Below, piece by piece: positions 31,673 to 32,000 of a stretch of DNA of 32,000 nt; position 1 is the first letter of the stretch; each line of letters begins with the position of its first letter. The notes under the pieces were generated by a model. The model saw only the letters and a program-made list of their open reading frames with translations, did not search any database and was not told where the DNA came from. The position numbers and the translations under genes are program-made. Source of the DNA: Candidatus Nanosynbacter lyticus (GTDB lineage Bacteria; Patescibacteriota; Saccharimonadia; Saccharimonadales; Saccharimonadaceae); NCBI RefSeq assembly GCF_030253515.1, contig NZ_CP124549.1, positions 30,001 through 62,000 of the forward strand. Direction: 5' to 3'.

Positions 31673-32000
31673 ATGTTGTTGATTCAGCAATACAATGCTG
31701 CCCGGCGAGCGGAGTGGGGTGAAATCGAAACGGCGAGCGAGGAGCTATCAGAATTATCAGGGATATATCTTGATGTTGATTCGCGAAATGGCCTGAAAGA
31801 AGTTGATGGGTTGTGTCGTCGGCTAATAATAGCAGGAAAGTATGACGAAGCGGTTGAGCTAGCGACTATGGTGGACGAGAGCTTGGTCCCAGATGACAAA
31901 TCGAAGAATAAGTTGTTTTTGCCAGATGTTATGCGAAAAATTGCCAAACAGAAGGGCGACAAGAGACTTGCCCAAGAAGCCATTGCACTATATGAGGCGA
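31673..32000 (+). CDS. Hypothetical helical protein, partial (runs off the window); same frame as the preceding ORF
   Basis: The frame is open from 31577 to the window end. It translates as MLLIQQYNAARRAEWGEIETASEELSELSG...RLAQEAIALYEA. It is absent from the ORF track only because no stop is reached. The opposite-strand ORF 31684..31983 has an antisense-like Ser/Leu-rich composition. Confidence 0.5.
   Translation, partial: MLLIQQYNAARRAEWGEIETASEELSELSGIYLDVDSRNGLKEVDGLCRRLIIAGKYDEAVELATMVDESLVPDDKSKNKLFLPDVMRKIAKQKGDKRLAQEAIALYEA

Noticed and set aside
31684-31983. 99-aa minus-strand ORF at the window end
   Set aside because: It has a Ser/Leu/Phe-rich antisense-like composition. The plus-strand frame over the same region is open for more than 420 nt, encodes plausible helical protein and continues the upstream gene's frame.
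1-32000. UGA (or other stop) reassignment, as in some CPR lineages (code 25 or 4), as the explanation for the in-frame TGA codons at 13330 and 31574
   Set aside because: Conserved genes terminate at TGA exactly at their expected C-termini: groES (...LATVV*), murE, murF, the ABC ATPase and the permease. The interruptions also involve all three stop codons, not one. Standard code 11 fits best.

Overview
This is a chromosomal window from a small-genome bacterium with a Gram-positive-type cell wall. Gene content and style resemble CPR / Candidatus Saccharibacteria, but that assignment is inference only. The GC-richer backbone carries conserved housekeeping genes: femAB-like, tsaD, murE, murF, groES/groEL behind a textbook CIRCE operator, a PGI/PMI isomerase, a MacB-type ABC pair, tRNA-Ser(GGA), folC, nrdA/nrdB behind tandem NrdR-like boxes, pyrG and argS. 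Between them lie visibly AT-richer accessory segments (about 5.7-11.2 kb, 13.05-14.44 kb, 20.8-21.9 kb, 30.97 kb to the end). Main observations: (1) The strongest candidate for a novel system is a signal-peptide SGNH/GDSL hydrolase with a duplicated unknown N-terminal domain. It is frameshifted and is followed by an alternating array of six small 3-TM paralogs in two families, A and B. Remnants of the hydrolase 3' end are interleaved, including a roughly 127-nt near-identical direct repeat with only synonymous differences. I read this as an effector/immunity-like or cassette-type polymorphic locus. (2) A stand-alone kinase-phosphatase-ligase (Pnkp-type) RNA-repair protein is coupled to murE, has no Hen1 partner nearby, and carries a DxH->DxQ change in the phosphatase motif. 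(3) A roughly 165-nt imperfect palindrome is inserted in frame in tsaD, resembling Rickettsia palindromic elements. (4) nrdB has the class Ic signature (Glu/Phe), an in-frame 39-codon upstream ORF, and a tightly linked PNPOx-like flavoprotein. (5) Accessory genes are unusually often split by a single in-frame stop (TAG, TGA, TAA, TGA) or a frameshift. (6) A TGCTATA(A/C)T extended -10 box recurs 6-10 nt from ATG starts, implying leaderless or near-leaderless mRNAs. No CRISPR array, rRNA, transposase or integrase was seen.
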